Shown here in pieces: positions 1 through 18,900 of a stretch of DNA of 64,000 nt; the first letter of the stretch is position 1; each line of letters opens with the position of its first letter. Source of the DNA: Antedon mediterranea (Eukaryota > Animalia > Echinodermata). Location of the stretch: contig NC_092670.1 in the NCBI RefSeq assembly GCF_964355755.1, positions 31,546,388 to 31,610,387 of the forward strand, given 5' to 3'. Below the pieces are notes generated by a model. It was not told where the DNA came from. It made no database searches and worked only from the letters and a program-made list of their open reading frames with translations. The translations under genes were made by a program, and so were the position numbers.

Positions 1-1587
1 GTATGACGTGCACGTGGCGTTTGTCGTGCGGATAACTAACTCGTCAAAGTGACGAGTTTCATGTCTAGTTCTTATTTCTTTCCTTCCATTTTTGTGTAGA
101 GCGTTTCTCTAACATGTGTAAACGTAACATTCCATAACTTTGACAACATGTGGGCATTTATGTGAAGTTGTGCACCTCCTATTTTTGAATGACGTCAGAG
201 GTGCGCAACGTGACTTACGCGCGATTTTATGAATTTCGCGTATTTAACATAGGTCAAAAACCAAATAACATTTTGAATTGAAACTTTGCAGAAGTTTAAT
301 TTATATCGTGCGCTAACTTTCTGTGGAAAAAAAATTGCGAGGTTTACACAAATTTACGCGCGCACGCGCATTTAAAATTTGAAAATGCGAAAAAACAATT
401 TCTAATCGACTTTCTACGCGTTTCATGTCATTTTGAGCATGTCAAAAATTCCCACGCGCCCAATATTTTTTACGCGCGCGGTACGCACGTAGCGTTAAAA
501 ACATCGCTTTTTCGAGTGATTTATGTTTTTTCAGCCTTTTCTAGTAATTTTACAAACTTTTAAACAATTTTGACTTAAAATGACGTTATACGAGCACGTA
601 GAATTTAACAATTTGCACGGGTTTTTGATGAAAAAAATCAAAAATTCGTCAAAAATTAAGCCTTTTTTTAAACAGTCGTAGTTTCTATACCAAACAATGA
701 AAGTTATTTTTGTTACATATTCTGGAAGTTGATGAGTTGTAGATATCGGATCATGCATTAATATGGCTAACAGGACATTGTGATGTCATCGTAAGTCCAC
801 GCGAATATAAAATTTAGGATTTTTGTATCTTTCTTCATAGCTCATCACATTTAATAGAGCGCATCTACACTTATCCGTTTTCCATTTTCACCCCGATTTT
901 GATATTGTCTAGGTCAATCAACTATCTTTCGCATGAGTTAAAAATATTTTTATTTTTATGACGTCATCATGCCTAAAAATTTAAATTACGTGTGGCATAA
1001 ATTTCATATTTACAGTAAAATTTAATCTGTTATAGCTCGTAAGAATGAAATGTGATAATCATGATTAAAACGTTTTCTCGAAGCTATTGAATTGTAGATA
1101 CGAAATCATGTGAGCATTTTGCTAATCAGACGTTGTGACGTCATCATATGGCCAGTTATATAAAAAAAGTCGTATTTTCATCTTTTGCGTTATAATTCAT
1201 TACATTTAAAAGAGCGCGCATCAATATTTTACGTATTCAAATTTCTTGTACACGCTAATATGTTGTTGCTGAGATAATTTCCTTCCGAAATTGCTACCTT
1301 CGCGTTTCATTTTGAAACCGTCAGCATGTTAAAAATTGGAATAAATAGCGGGTCCCGTATTTTCCCCTATTCTACACTGTATGTGATTGTGATATGTATA
1401 CAGATTTTACTGTGTATACTATATGACACAAAATAACAGAATTCAGCAATAACAACATAATCATATTCTTCAGTCCAGGTCATAATGCCATAATCTTTTT
1501 CCGTGTGTAATATTCCAACGTATGACGTGCTCGTGGCGTTTGTCGTGCGGATAACTAACTCGTCAAAGTGACGAGTTTCATGTCTAG
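1..1587 (+). mobile_element. Non-autonomous Helitron/Helentron-like element, head-to-tail tandem (end of one copy 1-68, full unit 69-1587)
   Basis: Bases 1-68 recur almost exactly at 1520-1587. Both copies end in the hairpin AACTCGTCA-AAG-TGACGAGTT followed by CTAG|T, a Helitron-type 3' end. The CpG-rich interior shares motifs (TACGCGCGATTTTA, TTATACGAGCACGT) with the element at 33994-35479. Confidence 0.65.
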
Positions 1588-2056
1588 TGTTGTTTTTCAA
1601 TTTACAACATAAATTTTTTACAAAATAACATTTGAATACCTCAATTGCACTGTTATATTTAGCATTTGGTTAGATGTTTTTCCTGCTGTGATGTAGGCCT
1701 AATTGTACAATAATACCAAGAAATATATATCAGTGAGTTTACTATTTCCATATGTTAGGCCTATAGAAATCATCAGCAGATTCTTTTTAATCTTAAAGCC
1801 AAGAATTATCCATCACTCTAAACCCTCAGCAACCACCTTGACTTTCTCCACTACATTATGAGTTTTATTTTCGTTTTTTTTTTTTTTTTTGGGGTCCAAT
1901 CGGCATCATAACACACAACTGACAAAGTCTAACTGACAGCTTGACGAAACTGTCTTGACACATAAATTATTTTAATGGTTTACAATTTATGATCTATATT
2001 AAAAACTAATCGAAGCCAGAGGAAGGTTTTCACTGTTAAATTTGCATTTATTTTAC

Positions 2057-4408
2057 CCTTCTTTTCATTTGCAATTTCAGGTGAAACAATGTTAGCTTTG
2101 ACTGTATTTTGACAAGCAAGACCTCCAACATTTTGTCCTGATAAACTGCGTTCCCGTTGCCTGCTCTGTGGGTTTCCTCCTCTGCCAAGACCAACACTCC
2201 CAGCCTAAATGAAAAGGTTGCAATACTAGAATGATCATAATGCATGCAGTACACAAGCCCATAGTCAGGATTTTTACAGGGGGTTCTTTCCATAAAAAGG
2301 GGAAAGTGCAAGCGTAAGTAACTGAAGAAAAGATAGATTAAAGCCTAGCCTACCAGATGAATATAATGCGTCATAAAATTAAAACAAGTTAGGACTCTTT
2401 ACCAGCACTTTCACTGTGGGTCACAAGGGAAACTTTTTAACCCCCTGGCTATGGGCTTGATACAAGCAGCTATTAAATAACTGTGAGATTGATTTTTGTT
2501 AAAACATACAAGTACTTACAAGAGTGATTTTAGATTGTTTGTTCTCAACCTTTTTAGCCAACTCAATATTATTGTGATTTAAATCTAAAAATAATTAAAG
2601 ATTTAGGGTTAACTTTGGACAGATCTTCTAAGAAACATAAAATACACATATATTGTTTATTCAATGCAACTAATATTCTTAATTGGTGTATATTTTATTT
2701 TGTTTGTTTTGTTTTTAATTAATTTGTACTACTTTTTGTATAATAATGATGGAGTAAGAGCAGATTTCTGTTTGGGCTCATGCCTATTACTTGCTCCTAT
2801 CAAGATGAAAATGTAAAACCTACTTTTAAGAACTTTTGCCGAATAAATATTATTATTATTAAGTTATGTGGCCAATATTAGCAATACAATTGGCACATGT
2901 TCAAGGCTCCTTCTTGGATAAGGACTAAATTTCCAATCTAAACATGCAAGAGTGGAAGAGTAGGGGGATTACCCTGGTGTACTGGTCCAGCTCAGCCGCT
3001 GTATTGTGGTAACCAAGGGACCTAATCTGAATTGAGGATGAATAGTAATACAAATATAAATCCATTGAAGAGGGAAAACAAGCCCATAACTCCCAAATGT
3101 GTTATGTATGTTTTTGTATGTTTTGTGTGAAACAGTAGAATCCACTGAAAATCTCTTCACAGGAAAACAAGCCCCTCCCAAATTTTTACCTTGTTTTGAT
3201 AGTGTTTTGGTGCCATCAGTAGCTGATTTAGTAGTTTCATTTTCTAGATGTTTAACCATCCTACTCATTTTATCATACTGTTCTTCTACCAAATTTTCAG
3301 TTTTACTTTGCGAGTTGGCTTGCATTTTTTCAATACAACTATTCAACATTTTGATATCACTTTCTAATTGGTTAAACATCACATTCTGTTTTTTCATAAG
3401 GAACCCTCTACCAAGACCAATTAACTTGAGTCTTGAGTTACCAAGTTCATCTGTAAGAAAACATAACCATCTCAAATTAGTGGATCTAGGGAGAAGAGGG
3501 CTTAAAATATTAAATGACTTTCTGAAATTAACCAAACATTATATACTATTCCAATTTTATTTAAAATTTGTCTGAAATTCAGGAGACCAGTCTGGATATG
3601 TACTCTCGCCTCCCAAATGAATCTTTCCTGTGAATTGACATTGATGCCTTTACCAATTGGTGTTTGTCTTTCATTGATATACTGATAGGCTTTTGAAGGC
3701 TCTGTAGGCAGTCTTAAAGCTTGGCTTGAGGCAGGAATTTTGGTATAATATCCCCCACCAGCATACTGTGGTGGCCTAATGAAATAAAAGGTAAATAAAT
3801 ATATATAGTTATGTTGCCAATGACAACTGAACAGGATACAAACGAAATGAGCTTTTGATGTTCAAGCAAACTCCCCTGTCTACACTATCAAACTAGTTTG
3901 ACAAAAAAAAGTGTGATGTGCCCAAATATAGTAGTGATATGCCAAAATATGGTATTGATATGACATCATCATGTCCATATATGGGCACATCACATTTTGT
4001 TGTCAAATAAAGTTGGCGCGCCATAAAGTTTGATAGTGTAGACAAAGCTTTAGAATAACAATTTTGTAAATTCTACTGCAGTAGATCTGTGTTAATTGCA
4101 GTCATAATTACTAACCCCTATTACGGGGCCCGTAAGGGGACACCTTTCAGGGGAAAGGGATGCCCTTTTAATATAGTGGTTCGGTTACATTGTCCTAACA
4201 AAGAGGGGTTTTAGCATTTTAATGTGTTCTTGGCAAATTCCAAGCATCAAAACTTTATACTATATGACTCTGTGACCTCTTGACTGAAACTCTTCTTCAA
4301 CACTACTTTCGAAAAAAGTTAATATAGTTTAGTTTGTACAACTTACCCACATAAACTTTTAAATGGTTGTTGGTAGTATAATGTTGACTCATTATTGGGG
4401 TCTGACAT
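2057..4408 (-). CDS. Uncharacterised multi-exon protein (predicted coiled-coil segment, two GLGRG motifs); 3' end unresolved
   Basis: Five GT-AG exons with consistent phases: 4408-4347, 3775-3654, 3450-3190, 2584-2520, 2204-2057. They give MSDPNNESTLYYQQPFKSLCGPPQYAGGGYY...DELGNSRLKLIGLGRGFLMKKQ...DLNHNNIELAKK...AGSVGLGRGGNPQ. No family recognised. Confidence 0.55.
3876..4050. mobile_element. Short MITE (TIR CTGTCTACACTATCAAACT), PIF/Harbinger-like family
   Basis: Inverted termini CTGTCTACACTATCAAACT ... AGTTTGATAGTGTAGAC with an internal CCAAATATGGTAGTGATATG motif. Other full or partial copies lie near 15936-16100, 17757-17875, 31855-31987, 35805-35920, 47420-47515 and 49510-49555. The superfamily call is inference. 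Confidence 0.7.
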
Positions 4409-5283
4409 GGTCCTAACTTCTAGGGCTCAGAATATTTTTGATGCTATAGAAAAAAAAAGAAGTTTATTGTTATGCCTAGTCATAACTGTAGGGTTTGAGT
4501 TTGTTTACAACTAAACCACTGAGCTATGAAATTAACTAACCAACAATTAAATCAATGACATCTAGGCCTAGGCACATTTTACTAACTATGCATAGTAGTG
4601 GAGCTAGACCTAATTAACTCTTGGTACTGCTGGCCTTTAATTAGCCTTTGCTTGTTTTCATCAGCTAGCAATTATATTATGAAGCGCCTCAACTTAATTA
4701 ATTAGCCTCTGATGACCTACACACATTGCCTAAATAAAGGTAAGAATTGCCTACTCTTTTAATAAGCCGCCAACATATCCCTACTTTTACTAGGCCTAGT
4801 AGGCGTGTCAAGAGGTCCTCGTAAATAGCCTAGCTCTATAGTATAGTATATAGACCTTATTAGGTCTTGGCTAATATAGCCTAGTTTAGTAGGCCTATCC
4901 AATTGTATTGTATCTCTAGGCTAGCTGGGCCCGCCAGGGTTCCTGACTGACCTGCTGAGTCTTTGCCTTTGTTTAATTTTACTTGTTTACATAGCTAGCT
5001 AGGGCCTATAGCCTAGCTAGCTAGGCCTACGCCTACCGAATTGTAGGTTAAAATGATGTTGAAGTTTATACTAATAATACATATATAAGAATGATATAGG
5101 CTACTACTAGGCAAGACCTAAATAACAATATTAATAATAGAACACAGCTATTATTTGAACTTTTTCAAAAACCATCCAAACAAAACATGTGCACATTGTT
5201 TGTGTGATCGTCGATGATGCATGGAAAAAGTTATAGGCCTCCTACGGGCGTATGCGGCGCTCTTTTAATTACAATTAGAAAAC

Positions 5284-6137
5284 GGTGACTACTTCTTCGC
5301 ATGCAGCTAAAGTAAAATGACGTCATGTTAAAGTGGGTCGTCACAGAGTCTCATGCATATAAATGAAGCAAACTTGCTGAGAGTTTTTTCCACCACCACA
5401 CACACGCCGCCGCGAGATTTATCGAAAATATACAACAAACAAAATATAATTGTTTTCACTGCTGAGGATAATAAATAATATACTTTAATTTTAACATGAC
5501 AGGAGAGCCTAGATACTTCCAGTGCGAATACAAAATAATAATAATGTACAATATTAGTATGTATTTTCAAATGCTGCAAGACATGAGGCCCGAATTAGGC
5601 TAGGCCTCCTACTGTCTGTAGTAGTGGCAGCGCAGTGCATACCTGAGAGCTAGGGTGGGTGGGAAGTTAGCTAGTATGCTGGGTTAGTATCTGCACAATG
5701 CCACGCGGTAACGATGAAGGGGAGGATATGGATGGCCTGATAGTGGGTAGTGTATACTGTATTTTACTTGTCTTTAGTTAGGCCGCTAGTGAGTAGGTAT
5801 CATAGAAAGTCTGTCTATATAGGGCTAGGCATCTAAGCAAGCCAAATGGGTCGAATAAATTAAACAACTATATTTAATCTGCTTCTAAGCCAAATGGGTC
5901 GAATAAACAACTATATTTAATCTGCTTCTTTGTTATCTGGAACAATATCGGATTATTTTCTGTACCACCGATCGCACCATCATTAATTAATCACTCTGAA
6001 AACATTTTGTAAAATCATGAGCAGGAGCGCACAAGAAGCAGAGACAAAACGTCCTTTTGCATATGCATGAGACTCTGTGACGACACGCTTTAACGTGACG
6101 TCATTTTACTTTAGCTGCATGCGAAGAAGTAGTCACC
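5284..6137. mobile_element. MITE with ~80-bp terminal inverted repeats in the ACAA1 upstream region
   Basis: 5284-5360 (GGTGACTACTTCTTCGCATGCAGCTAAAGTAAAATGACGTCA...GAGTCTCATGCATAT) is the near-perfect reverse complement of 6061-6137. No clear TSD. Confidence 0.75.
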
Positions 6138-6320
6138 TAAATCACGCCCCTTTTTGGGTTTAAAGGTCATGTTTATTGTTATCGTCGTTTACATATCATC
6201 ACACACATTTCACGAACTCCCCGCCGCCCCGTCCCCCGAAATCAATCTACTAGTTGAGTACAACATCATCCTATAAAAAGTAAAACTTTTTTTTTTGACA
6301 GGGCTTAAAAATAACAAACA

Positions 6321-12347
<6,027 letters not shown>

Positions 12348-12996
12348 CAATGAATAAAGAAAAGTAGAAGAAAATAAAGATAATATACAAAAATTTAAAA
12401 AAATAAAAATTAATTAAAAAGTAACCTTTGTTCAAACTAAACCAAATTTTCAGTTACCGGATATATTTTTTATAGCAATAATGATCGTGACGAATTTCTT
12501 ATTTTATTATTTAATATCATTGAATTGAAAAATATATGGTTGAATATAAAAAAATTGTAATAAATTTTATCATAAATGGAGGATAAACGTGTGTATTTTG
12601 TTTATTTAATTCTACGAAATGTTCTCTATTTTCAAGTTTGTTGTTGCTGTTGATTTAAAAGCATTTAAATATAACTAACCTTTATGGAAATAATGTGATT
12701 GTGTAGTAATACGGTCTATTAGAAATACCGAAAAAAAAAATATACCGTAATACAACAACATTGAATATCAAAGAACAAGGTACTTTGGGCGTTCCATATA
12801 CCAATCATGTTATGCAAAATGCAACTGTGGCGCTCCATATAATTAAACTTCTCCGATCGCTAGGCTAGGCCACATAAAATTGACTGAAGCTCAAGTACTC
12901 ACTGCGCGGAGAAATCCGCCCAAAACGGTATAGAGAAATAAATCAGTGCGTTTGTTCTAAATTTAGGCTACGCAGTTTGTTTTATCAAATGCAAAC

Positions 12997-15900
12997 ATGA
13001 AGAAGATAAAGACCTTGATTTCAAGACAAGTGAGTTTTAATTAAATATAATACGATTTATTGTGTAGGGGGTATTACAGGTTTTGATAAAAATTGTATAA
13101 AGTGATTCAATAATCAGAAAATCGATATTAATAAAAGTTCATTTGCTAGGCCTAGCTAGCTAGCTACGCCGGCTGGTCTTGGCTGCTATACTAGCCTGCT
13201 AGAGGTGTATGATATGTCAATAGACAGGCCGAAATCTATGGCCTGGGCTAGGTATAAATATAGAAGGAAATAGTGGTCTAGCTACCTTGGCTAGCTAGCC
13301 TAACCTAACTAGGCTATAAAATTGAAGTCTCTTCGAATAATAATGTTAGTTACTGAATACGTACTGGGTAACTGGTGGCTGGTAGGTAGGCCGGCATATG
13401 ACCGTTTCGGCCACAGACAGTTTCGGCCACAACAGATTTCTATGGCGCGCCATTCACGCATATATTAGACCGTGCTATTGTTTTTGCTATTAGTTATCGC
13501 ATCTCATGCTTTGTTGTATAGTATCTTTTATGACTATTACTACTGTACACTACAATTTGCATTTATTAGATTTGTTGTTTCCATTCCAGTTTAGTTGTAT
13601 AATGGAGTCTTGGCGAAAGACAAATTCAACTGTCAGTGACACAGTTAAACACTCTCTTAGTACAGACGTATTAATAGTTTGGCTATGAAAAAAGAAATGC
13701 TAAGAAAAAAAAAAAAATTTAATTAAAACGTTTTTCCTTCCATTGCTTAGGTGACCTAAAGCCTGGTTTCCATTAAAATTGCTACAGCGTTTCCATTAAA
13801 ATCGCTACACGCGCAGATGTCGCCGACGCAATCGGGAAGGCTCCCCGATTCATCGCAGTCAAATCGACAAAGTTCAACCATGTTCAACTTTGCCGATCTG
13901 TATTACTCCTTTTTTCATTAATTTTCTTATATTTTGTTATACACTTGACAGGATCATCATTATCATCTATCCCGTTTTAAAATAGTTCACACATTTTCAT
14001 TTGTTTGTTTTCATTTTACAACCCGGATTATACAATATATTTATATACATCATAAAAAAAACAATAATAGCTCAGTACCACCAGTTACCAGTATCACTGT
14101 AATTCTTTTTCAGTTAATCGTATCAAATTAGAAATTATATTATCATAATCTTATTTCTTAAAGCTACCCATTCAAAGTTATATTTATTGTACACAATAAA
14201 ATTAGTATATATCCCTACGTACTTCAATTCGTTTTATATTTATAGAAAAATGTACATACAATTAGTATCACTTAGGCCTCATTCAATTCATTTCTTTTTT
14301 TTGTAAAAACTATACATTTTAATTTCAACCGTATTGTATTTTTTGTACTCTGAAATATCGGTATCTACGTAATTCTTCGTTTCTTATCTCATCATGCCAC
14401 CTAGCTACAAAATACGTGTTCGTATTTTATTTTCATTATTTTATTAACTAATTAATTGCCAAGTTTGTCTGTGTCCGTGTTTTCCTGTGTAAAAACAAAA
14501 AACAAAAGTAAAACGCAATGAAATCGATAATCCTGTATTACATTGTCGTGTCTCATTGTTCCCCTAGCAATGGCACTGTGGGCGTTCCATAGATATGGTA
14601 GTAATATTGTCTGTGGCCGAAATTGTCTGTGGCCGAAGTTGGCCTAATCCGGTAGGCCGGGCCTCTAGGCCTAGGCCCAGGCCTGTTTAATTAATTGTTT
14701 CTAATATTTAGGCTAGGCCTGTTATTACCATCATGAATTGTGATGATAAGGTCAAGCCTAGTAGGCTAGTTAGTAGGCTAGTATTATTAGCTAGATTTCT
14801 ATACCTACTCATATATATTTGTAAAATTGGTTAATTTTAAATAGATTTACACTTGATCAGTTGCACTCACTTGATGAGTAAAGCAGGGAGTAAAATAGGC
14901 CAAGATCCGGCTTGCATTGTTTGTGTCATAATTGATGTTGGTGTCTTTTTTTTTAGAAAGAGATTTTTAGAGATCTAGTCCTGTGCTAATAATAAACTCA
15001 AAACATAATCAGCAACATGAAACGGGTAACAATTAGGATGTAGAATTCATCTGGGAACTTTTATTTTATTCAATGGAATTTTACAGTAAATTCTCCCAAT
15101 TTAAAATCAGACCCCCAAAAACTGTGAATTATTCCAACAGAATAGTTCAAAGCAGCAGAGAGGCAAGCCGTTTATGCGAGGCATCATTAGCATTCCCCAG
15201 AAGTTATCTGGTATTGCATATTGCAATTGATAATCATTTTTTTAACCTACAGACTAACAGAAGTCGTGAAGAGTATAGTTCAACTGAAGATAAAGATTTA
15301 AGTTCTGACCAATCAGAGCCTGTCTATACATATAAGGTTTGTCCAAAACAATACATAATCTTTGAATGTTGTTTACATATTTTTGTTGTTGTTTTATTTG
15401 TTTCTCCACGCTTCGTTCAACATTATAGCAGAGTAATATAAAGATATACAGTACCATACTTATAAGAAAGTGTGGAAATTAAAAAATAAACAATTCCCAA
15501 GTGTTCAAATTATTAATGAACATTTTATAACATATTCTATATCTATTTCAGGATACTAGGGAGATTGCTTCGGACCCCCTAGCAGAAGCAGAGGTAGGTA
15601 GACAGAGGGGGGCTACTAATGTTCTCTACAAACAATGCAACCATTTATATATAGAAACCAGAACTTCATAGCTAGCAATGTCGTGGATTTGTGTTTCTTA
15701 TGACAAAATTGTAATAAGAAATAAATTTATTTTGATATTCAGTAATGATTTATGGAAAGGCTTGGAATCTAACTCTTTCCATTTAGCAAACATGTACAGT
15801 ATACACAGTTCAACAGTTGTAATTGCTTCATTTATTTTACCACTTTCAGGTTATAAATAGTATAGAGGATGTATATTTCAACGATGACACATTTGATTCC

Positions 15901-18900
15901 AGTTTATATGAGTTAGAGGTAAGCAACCAAATCTTAAGCTCTGTCTACACTATCAAACTTTTGACAAAATATGTGTGATGTGTCCAAATATGGTAGTGAT
16001 ATCCCCAAACATGGTAGTGATATCCCCAAACATGGTAGTGATATGACATCATTATGTCCATATATGGGTACATCACATTTTTTTGTCACATAAAGTTTTG
16101 CATATGTTTATCTTCCCAGTGAAAATATAATTTTATTATTCTAGATTTCTATTTGTCTAATCAGTACATTCTTGACAAAGCAAATTTATTTTTATGCTTT
16201 AAAAAAAACACATGCATCTTTATTATGGTAATTATATTGTTTTATATTAAATATTTGTCCAATTTGATACATGAATAACAATTCTATTTTTAGAAACTTA
16301 AAGATGATGAAAAACCAAGTCTATATGATATTAATGAGGATCGGACTAGACTCCGTTCACAACTTCAATCGGTAAGTACTCTAATATTAATATAATTATT
16401 ATCTTGATCAAATGAATATATATAGAAATGACCAAAAAATGAAAGAGGAATATAAAGGATTTTTCTTTTACAATTTATACTAAAAAAAGTGATTTTATTC
16501 CTGTTAGTAGTGTGGCGAATGTTCAGTACTGTATGAAGTAGTACTGTTGATGAATTGTGTCTATCTACCTATTACTAGGTGCAGTACATTGTGTCTATCT
16601 ACCTATTACTAGGTGCAGTACATTGTGTCTATCTACCTATTACTAGGTGCAGTACATTGTGTCTATCTACCTATTACTAGGTGCAGTACATTGTGTCTAT
16701 CTACCTATTACTAGGTGCAGTACATTGTGTCTATCTACCTATTACTAGGTGCAGTACATTGTGTCTATCTACCTATTACTAGGTGCAGTACATTGTGTCT
16801 ATCTACCTATTACTAGGTGCAGTACATTGTGTCTATCTACCTATTACTAGGTGCAGTACATTGTGTCTATCTACCTATTACTAGGTGCAGTACATTGTGT
16901 CTATCTACCTATTACTAGGTGCAGTACATTGTGTCTATCTACCTATTACTAGTTGCAGTACATTGTGTCTATCTACCTATTACTAGGTGCAGTACATTGT
17001 GTCTATCTACCTATTACTAGGTGCAGTACATTGTGTCTATCTACCTATTACTAGGTGCAGTACATTGTGTCTATCTACCTATTACTAGGTGCAGTACATT
17101 TTGTCTATCTACCTATTACTAGGTGCAGTACATTGTGTCTATCTACCTATTACTAGGTGCAGTACATTGTGTCTATCTACCTATTACTAGGTGCAGTACA
17201 TTGTGTCTATCTACCTATTACTAGGTGCAGTACATTGTGTCTATCTACCTATTACTAGGTGCAGTACATTGTGTCTATCTACCTATTACTAGTTGCAGTA
17301 CATTGTGTCTATCTACCTATTACTAGGTGCAGTACATTGTGTCTATCTACCTATTACTAGGTGCAGTACATTGTGTCTATCTACCTATTACTAGGTGCAG
17401 TACATTGTGTCTATCTACCTATTACTAGGTGCAGTACATTGTGTCTATCTACCTATTACTAGGTGCAGTACATTGTGTCTATCTACCTATTACTAGGTGC
17501 AGTACATTGTGTCTATCTACCTATTACTAGGTGCAGTACATTGTGTCTATCTACCTATTACTAGTTGCAGTACATTGTGTCTATCTACCTATTACTAGGT
17601 GCAGTACATTGTGTCTATCTACCTATTACTAGGTGCAGTACATTGACATAAACTATAATTTATTCATTTGGTTTATTTTAGGTGTCAAAGAAAGTTTCAG
17701 ATGTTGTGTTGGAAAACCACTCTGCTTATACCAAAGTAAGTTATCAACTATATATAAAGCTCTGTCTACACTATCAAACTAGTTTGACAGCAAAAGTGTG
17801 ATGTACCCAAATATGGTAGTGATATGATATCATCATGTCTATATGGGCACATCACATTTTGTTACACAAAGTTTAACTTTACTTATCCACGACGGAGGTC
17901 CAGATGTTGCTCTTTGCTGAAGCCATAATTAATCTCATAAATTATTCACGATTTCTTCCGGAGATGCAGAGTAAATTTCACAGGCCGTGCACATACAAAA
18001 TACAATAATATTAAAATATGCATTCTTAGGTATTTTTGGCCAGCACATATCTGATTCAAAAAGACTTAAGTGTTTCCTACCTAATTGCTTAAACAATACA
18101 GTTTTTTTAACTGTAGGAATTACAACGTGTGACTGATTTACAAGCAAGTCTTCAAACAGCAAATGTTATATGTACAAATGGAAGAAGGTAAGTATAACAT
18201 GAGATGCCATGCCCCCACACCCTTTTAAATGCACCACTGACAAATAAAACCTTATGTTTGCCTTAAGTGCTGTAGGAGATACAATATTTGCGTTTTTGTT
18301 TTACTATGGTTATACAGTATACATTGTTCCTACTGCATCTACACGCATCCATCCACATGACGTATACAAATGACCGCAATTGTACTGGGAATATTTACAC
18401 TACATTTGGTAGATATCCACCATCTTGGATTCAAGTGGTTAAAGTGGTGTCTAAATTCTCCAGTTTTGCCCACTAAAGCTATGTTTCTTTGTACTATTGC
18501 ACACATCCATACACATGGAGTATTGAAATGACGTTTCTGTTTTATTCTAGACAACTTCAGATCTCAAAGCAGGGTTTTACTATATCTAGCCTAGGAATAA
18601 TGGCTAATTATCGCAAGAAACAACAGTTACTATCACTAATGAAATCGCTATACACTATCAAGACTTTAGTAAGTTTGTATTCTCTTGTGGTACCTGCTTC
18701 ATTGCTTCAAGATGCTGGATCGAGGGGGCAAGGGGGTGGGGGGAGAAGGGGTTAATGCTTATACTAAAGACATTTGTTGTGTGACTGATATTGTCTGTAT
18801 CCGAATAGATAGAATAGATTAATACCAAAAGTGTTGTGATGTCCCACATGCTTGTCCACTTCACCCAAACAAGGAGATAAATTCCAGTGTTACCCACCAC

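Noticed and set aside
2969-3575. 188-aa and 158-aa ORFs as single-exon genes
   Set aside because: Only 3450-3190 behaves as an exon. The rest is intron or SINE read-through, and the + strand ORF is its antisense shadow.
16555-17645. CRISPR-like array (34-bp repeats)
   Set aside because: There are no unique spacers and no cas genes, and it lies in a eukaryotic intron. It is a minisatellite.
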